From: Chloroflexota bacterium
GTDB lineage: Bacteria; Chloroflexota; Dehalococcoidia; JACVQG01; JAHKAY01
Direction of reading: 5' to 3'
NCBI GenBank assembly: GCA_018825785.1
Contig: JAHKAY010000006.1
Span: 42,332-106,331 of the forward strand
DNA length: 64,000 nt
Shown in pieces: positions 60,019 through 64,000 of this stretch; position 1 is the first letter of the stretch, and every line of letters starts with the position of its first letter. The notes beneath the pieces are model-generated. The model saw only the letters and a program-made list of their open reading frames with translations. It made no database searches and had not been told where the DNA came from. The position numbers were made by a program, and so were the translations under genes.

Positions 60019-61215
60019 ATGGAAAGGTGTAAGGGGATGCGGGACCTCCTCCCGCAGGATATGGAAAAGTTCCGCCGCCTGGAGGGGGTCTTCCGGGATG
60101 TCTGCCGGCGCTGGGGCTACGGGGAGGTGAGGACCCCGGTCCTGGAATACCTCCATCTCTTCACCACAGCAGGGACCCTCACCCCGGGGATGCTCTCCCG
60201 GGTCTATTCCTTTCTGGACTGGGATGGCTGGAGCGGGGAGAGGGTGGTCCTCCGCCCCGATGGCACCATCCCCACGGCCCGCCTTTTCCTCTCCGAAGTA
60301 GGAAAGGACCCGGCCCGCCTTTTCTATGTGGAGAATGTGTTTTCCTTTGAGGAGACGGGCCGGGAGGCGAGGGAAAGGTGGCAGTGTGGGGTGGAGTTCA
60401 TCGGCGGGCCGTCCCCCCAGGCGGAAGGGGAACTGGTCTCCCTGGCCCTGGAGGTGCTGGTGAGGCTGGGGTTTTCGGCCACGGTGAAGCTGACTCACCA
60501 GGGGTTTCTCAAGGCCCTCCTGGGGGAGGTGGGGGAGGACCTCTTTCCCCGCCTCCTGGAAGGGGAGGGTCTCTCCACTTTACAGCCCTCCCGTCCGGAG
60601 ATGGAGAGGGCTATGCCCCTCCTCTTCGGCACGAAGGGCACGGGTCCGGGATACCTGAAAAACCTGAAGGCTCTTCTCCTGCCCTCCTTTCCCTCCTTGA
60701 GGGAGAGCCTGGAGGACTTCTCCCGCGTGGCCCAGCTCCTCTCGGGGGCGGGGATTGCATACGAGATAGATATGGGGAATGGAAAGGGCTTTGAATACTA
60801 TACCGGGGTGGTCTTTCAGTTCTACATCGGCGGGGAGCGGGTGGGGGGAGGGGGGAGGTACAATAATCTCCTCCCCCTGCTGGGGAGGAAAGACATCCCC
60901 GCTGCCGGCTTAGCCCTCTATCTGGAGCCCCTGCTGGCCAGGATGGAAGTCTCCCTCCCCCGCCCCTCGGTGCTGGTGGTGAGGTCTCCCACCCCCCGGG
61001 GGCAGGGGAGGGCCTTTGCCCTGGCCCGGGAGCTACGGGCCTCGGGCTACAGGGTGGAGATGGAATGCTCCGCCTCCCCGCCCCACTTCCTTATTGAGGT
61101 GGGGAATGGCTTTACCGTGGCCGGACCCTCGGGGGAGGTGGTCCGGCTGCCCTCGCTGAAGAGACTTCTCGCTTTCCTGGAGGAGATGGGTGCCGTTAAA
61201 GCTGGCCCTGCCTAA
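60019..61215 (+). CDS. hisZ: ATP phosphoribosyltransferase regulatory subunit HisZ (HisRS paralog)
   Basis: 398 aa. GMRDLLPQDMEKFRRLEGVFRDVCRRWGYGEVRTPVLEYLHLF and GGGRYNNLL are class II aaRS-like motifs. It lies immediately upstream of hisG. Confidence 0.85.
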   Translation: MERCKGMRDLLPQDMEKFRRLEGVFRDVCRRWGYGEVRTPVLEYLHLFTTAGTLTPGMLSRVYSFLDWDGWSGERVVLRPDGTIPTARLFLSEVGKDPARLFYVENVFSFEETGREARERWQCGVEFIGGPSPQAEGELVSLALEVLVRLGFSATVKLTHQGFLKALLGEVGEDLFPRLLEGEGLSTLQPSRPEMERAMPLLFGTKGTGPGYLKNLKALLLPSFPSLRESLEDFSRVAQLLSGAGIAYEIDMGNGKGFEYYTGVVFQFYIGGERVGGGGRYNNLLPLLGRKDIPAAGLALYLEPLLARMEVSLPRPSVLVVRSPTPRGQGRAFALARELRASGYRVEMECSASPPHFLIEVGNGFTVAGPSGEVVRLPSLKRLLAFLEEMGAVKAGPA

Positions 61216-62545
61216 AGGGAGGCTTCAGCCCCTGCTATCTTCCTGGCTTGGGGGCTGGGGTCTGGAGGGGTATGAGGCCACTTCCCGTTCCTATCGCCCC
61301 TCTTCCCGCCTCCACCCCCAGCTTCAGCTCAAGGTCTTCCAGGAGAGGGATATACCTATCCAGGTGGCGGTGGGGAACTATGACCTGGGAATCTGTGGCC
61401 GGGACTGGGTGGAGGAACTGCTGGTCCGCTACCCCCAGAGCCCCCTGGTCCGGGTCCGGGAGGTGGGCTCCGGCGGGGGGGGGCTCTATCTGGCCAGTTC
61501 TATTTTCTCCCCCCTTTCCTCGGCCTCGGAGATGGCGGGACACCCGGGCCCCCTGCGCCTGGTCAGCGAATACCCCAATCTGGCCGAAGCGGTGGCCCTC
61601 CGGCTCCGCCTCCGGCGCTTTCAGGTCTTTCCCCTGTGGGGGGCGGCGGAGGTCTATCCGCCGGAGACGGCAGACCTGGTGGTCATGGCCTCGGCCTCGG
61701 AGGACGACCTGAGGGATAGGGGCCTGTGTCCCCTGCTGCCCCTCCTCCCCGCCTCCACCTGCCTCATCGCCTACCGCCCTAGCTGGGAGGGGAAGGACCT
61801 GGGGGAGGTCCTGGCCGGTTTCCCCCCTGCTCTCCAGGAAGGGGCCCTCAAGAGTGGGGGGGCTTCCACGGCAGCAGGGGCAGCCTTCCCTCCCGGCCTG
61901 GCAGTCCTGGCCCTCCCCGATGGCCACCAGCAGCCCCCCACCCTGGAGTTGCTGCGCCGGGCGGGCCTCCCTGCGGATAGCTACTCCCAGGGGGAGAGGC
62001 GCTTCCTCTGGGAGGGGGTGGCGGTGAAGGTGCTGCGTCCCCAGGATATGCCCATCCAGGTGGCCAACGGCAATCTGGACCTGGCCATCACCGGCCAGGA
62101 CTGGCTCCGGGACCACCTCTGCCGCTTCCCGGGGAGCCCGGTAAAGGAGTACCTTGCCCTGGGCTTCGGCCAGGTGAAGGTGGTGGCGGTGGTGGGGCCC
62201 CAGACCGAGGCAAGCAGTCCCGAAGAACTGCGGGGGGCCTTCCCGGTGCTGAGGGTGGCCTCGGAGTATGTGAACCTGGCCGATAGATATGCCACGGATA
62301 AGCACCTCGGCCCCTACCGGATTATCCCCACCTGGGGTGCCAGCGAGGCCTTCTTGCCCGAGGATGCCGACCTGTTGATAGAAAACACCCAGACCGGCCG
62401 CACCCTGGCCCGCCACGGGTTGAAGATTATTGATACCCTGCTTGAGTCCTCCGCCTGCCTTATCGGCCCCAGAGAGCTCCCCCCGAAAAAGCGGGTAAGG
62501 GTGGAGGCCCTGGTGGAGGCCTTCCGCCGGGGGGCGGGGGGATAG
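61190..62545 (+). CDS. hisG: ATP phosphoribosyltransferase, tandem-duplicated: a degenerate N-terminal HisG-like half plus a canonical short-form HisG half
   Basis: 451 aa with a GTG start. Half 1 is LKLALPKGRL...RDIPIQVAVGNYDLGICGRDW...VSEYPNLA...ADLVVMASASEDDLRDRGL. Half 2 is LAVLALPDG...QDMPIQVANGNLDLAITGQDW...VASEYVNLA...ADLLIENTQTGRTLARHGL. Only half 2 keeps the TGxTL PRPP-loop signature. Confidence 0.75.
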   Translation: MPLKLALPKGRLQPLLSSWLGGWGLEGYEATSRSYRPSSRLHPQLQLKVFQERDIPIQVAVGNYDLGICGRDWVEELLVRYPQSPLVRVREVGSGGGGLYLASSIFSPLSSASEMAGHPGPLRLVSEYPNLAEAVALRLRLRRFQVFPLWGAAEVYPPETADLVVMASASEDDLRDRGLCPLLPLLPASTCLIAYRPSWEGKDLGEVLAGFPPALQEGALKSGGASTAAGAAFPPGLAVLALPDGHQQPPTLELLRRAGLPADSYSQGERRFLWEGVAVKVLRPQDMPIQVANGNLDLAITGQDWLRDHLCRFPGSPVKEYLALGFGQVKVVAVVGPQTEASSPEELRGAFPVLRVASEYVNLADRYATDKHLGPYRIIPTWGASEAFLPEDADLLIENTQTGRTLARHGLKIIDTLLESSACLIGPRELPPKKRVRVEALVEAFRRGAGG

Positions 62546-63277
62546 ATGCCTTCCCTGGCCCTCCACCTGGGGGTGGCCCTGGAGGCGGCCCCTGCCCTGG
62601 GGTGGACGGAGGAGGAGTTGGCCAGCTATCTCCTGGGCTCTACCCTCCCCGACATCAGCCTCTTCCTGCCCCTGGAGCGGGAGGAGACCCATTTTGTCAG
62701 CCTTTCTTCCCTGCCCGGGGAGGGGGAGATGGAGGGGGGCCTGCTGAGAGCTTTCGGTCCCGTCGGTGGCCTGGAAAGGGCACTGGAGGCGGGCTACCTC
62801 TGCCACCTGGAGATGGACCTGCTGTGGGTAAGGGAGATTTTTCACCCCCTTTTTGGGCCCCGCTCCCCCCTCCGGGAGGACCCCCTGGCCCACGTGAAGG
62901 ACCGGGCCCTTCAATATGAGCTGGACCGCCGGCAGAGGGAGGAACGGGCCACCATGGACCGGGTGCGCCAGCTCCTCGCCCTGACGCCACCTGTGAACGC
63001 CCCGCCCTTTTTGGGGGGGGACAGCCTGGAGGCCTGGCAGGGGTTTATCCTCAAGGCCACGGCCAGCCAGCGGGGCTGGGCCCGCTTCTCCGGCTTCGCC
63101 CAGCGCTACTTGGTCCAGAGGGGCAGGGTGGGCTCCCGGGAACTGAAGGAGTTCCTGGCCTCTCTCCCCGCCTCCGCGGACGCTCTCATAGCCTATGTGG
63201 GCGAGGCAAACCTCCAGGCCTTCAGGGAGAGGGCAGTGGCCTGTTCGGTAGAAGCCGTGCGGGTATATCTCCAGTGA
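62546..63277 (+). CDS. hypothetical 243-aa protein embedded in the his operon; His/Asp-rich, possibly a metal-dependent hydrolase
   Basis: ORF track entry. It starts at the nucleotide after the hisG stop, and its stop overlaps the hisD GTG (GTGA at 63274-63277). Candidate ligand motifs are HLGVA, LPDISL, EETHF and CHLEMDLLW. Confidence 0.5.
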   Translation: MPSLALHLGVALEAAPALGWTEEELASYLLGSTLPDISLFLPLEREETHFVSLSSLPGEGEMEGGLLRAFGPVGGLERALEAGYLCHLEMDLLWVREIFHPLFGPRSPLREDPLAHVKDRALQYELDRRQREERATMDRVRQLLALTPPVNAPPFLGGDSLEAWQGFILKATASQRGWARFSGFAQRYLVQRGRVGSRELKEFLASLPASADALIAYVGEANLQAFRERAVACSVEAVRVYLQ

Positions 63278-64000
63278 AGATACTGAGCAGCCAGCAGGCG
63301 CGGGCCCTTCTGGAACGGCCGCCCCTGGAAGGCTACAGGCTTCCCCCCCAGGTGAGGGCAAGGATTAAGAAGGCCTTTGGCCACAGCCTCCAGCCCCGGG
63401 GGGTGGTGGAGCGGATAATAGACGGGGTGAGGAAGCGGGGCGATGAGGCCCTGCTGGACTTCACCCGCCTTCTGGACGGGGTGGAGCTCCCTTCTCTGGA
63501 GGTCCCCCGAGAAGAATGGGAAAGGGCCGTGGAGGGCCTTCCTGCCCCCCTCCTCTCGGCCCTGAAGATGGCGGCGAAGAGAATAGAGGCCTACCACCGC
63601 TGTTTCCGTCCCCTCTACCCCATCTCCACTGGGGGTGGGATGGGCTACCGGGTGAGGCCCCTCAAGAGGGTGGGCCTGTATATTCCAGGGGGTATGGCTG
63701 CCTATCCCTCTACTGTCTTGATGTCTGCCATCCCGGCCCGGGTGGCGGGGGTGGGGGAGGTGCTGGTGGTTTCCCCGCCCCAGAAGGACGGTTCCCTTCC
63801 TGCCCCGGTGCTGGCGGCCTGCTCCCTGGCGGGGGTGAATCGCGTCTTCAGGGTGGGGGGGGCCCAGGCTGTCGCCGCCCTGGCCCTGGGCACCGGGACA
63901 GTACCCCGGGTGGACAAGATCTGCGGGCCGGGGGGGCTCTTCGTCCAGCTGGCCAAGAAGCTGGTCTATGGCCTGGTGGATATTGACGGCCTCTACGGCC
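63274..64000 (+). CDS. hisD: histidinol dehydrogenase, N-terminal ~242 codons; it runs off the window
   Basis: Absent from the ORF track because there is no stop in the window. My translation from GTG 63274 reads VKILSSQQARALLERPPLEGYRLPPQVRARIKKAFG...IIDGVRKRGDEALLDFTRLLDGVEL...GLYIPGGMAAYPSTVLMSAIPARVAGV...VFRVGGAQAVAALALGT...KICGPGGLFVQLAKKLVYG. This is the HisD pattern. Confidence 0.88.
   Translation, partial: MKILSSQQARALLERPPLEGYRLPPQVRARIKKAFGHSLQPRGVVERIIDGVRKRGDEALLDFTRLLDGVELPSLEVPREEWERAVEGLPAPLLSALKMAAKRIEAYHRCFRPLYPISTGGGMGYRVRPLKRVGLYIPGGMAAYPSTVLMSAIPARVAGVGEVLVVSPPQKDGSLPAPVLAACSLAGVNRVFRVGGAQAVAALALGTGTVPRVDKICGPGGLFVQLAKKLVYGLVDIDGLYG

Noticed and set aside
61235-63361. A 708-aa minus-strand ORF spans hisG, the orphan gene and the hisD start.
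   Set aside because: It is a low-complexity G/P/A/R/E-rich antisense frame in a segment above 65% G+C. The plus strand carries the his genes with overlapping start/stop coupling.

Overview
This is a 64-kb bacterial chromosomal window. Most of it is G+C-rich (about 60-70% by hand counts on sampled 60-nt lines) and tightly packed, with many 4-nt GTGA/ATGA start-stop overlaps. I cannot assign the organism from sequence alone.

Gene content from left to right:
- A minus-strand DNA-repair operon: yebC-ruvC-ruvA, a Moco oxidoreductase, an orphan gene, then uvrB.
- A 673-bp low-GC cassette bounded by terminal inverted repeats and an 8-bp target-site duplication. It carries one membrane-protein gene.
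- yceD-rpmF-fabK-fabD-nusB-acpP.
- A minus-strand pyrimidine operon: pyrR-pyrB-pyrC-carA, two non-pyr genes, carB-pyrK-yjbQ. Upstream it has a sigma70-like promoter, a PyrR-binding loop and a leader terminator.
- mobA.
- An oxidative-stress/iron cluster: a frameshifted hemerythrin-like gene, Isf-like flavoprotein, rubrerythrin-like protein, Fur/PerR-like regulator, rhodanese and two tandem bacterioferritins.
- A surface-glycan locus of about 23 kb (22.8-46.1 kb):
  - Sugar-nucleotide and transport genes: gmhA, gmhB, a domain-swapped HldE-like enzyme, a flippase, YfhO, a GT2 and two SDRs.
  - Sugar-tailoring genes: an orphan E1 alpha/beta pair, a DegT aminotransferase and two B12-binding radical SAM enzymes.
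  - Surface proteins: two very large polytopic membrane proteins with ConA/LamG-like ectodomains and a duplicated discoidin-like lipoprotein.
  - G+C drops to about 50% in its distal half.
- An AlsS/IlvB-like TPP enzyme.
- A 3'-truncated tRNA-Val(CAC).
- A second block of about 50% G+C: an XRE regulator, a decayed membrane gene, a signal-less DmsA-like molybdoenzyme next to a DmsB-type ferredoxin interrupted by a GltD-like flavoprotein module, and a DAHP synthase.
- mtaB, birA, a coiled-coil lipoprotein and SPFH/NfeD.
- hisZ, a tandem-duplicated hisG, an orphan gene and hisD (partial).

I saw no rRNA, CRISPR array, integrase, transposase or reverse transcriptase.

The best candidates for undescribed biology are:
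1. The low-GC four-gene module at 38.0-46.1 kb.
2. The cytoplasmic Mo-enzyme with its DmsB::GltD partner.
3. The TIR/TSD cassette.
4. The E1 alpha/beta pair and B12-rSAM sugar-tailoring genes.
5. The duplicated HisG.
6. The EVE plus histone-fold-like pair inside the pyr operon.

All calls come from reading the ORF track and the sequence by eye. Hand-indexed coordinates of short motifs may be off by 1-2 nt.
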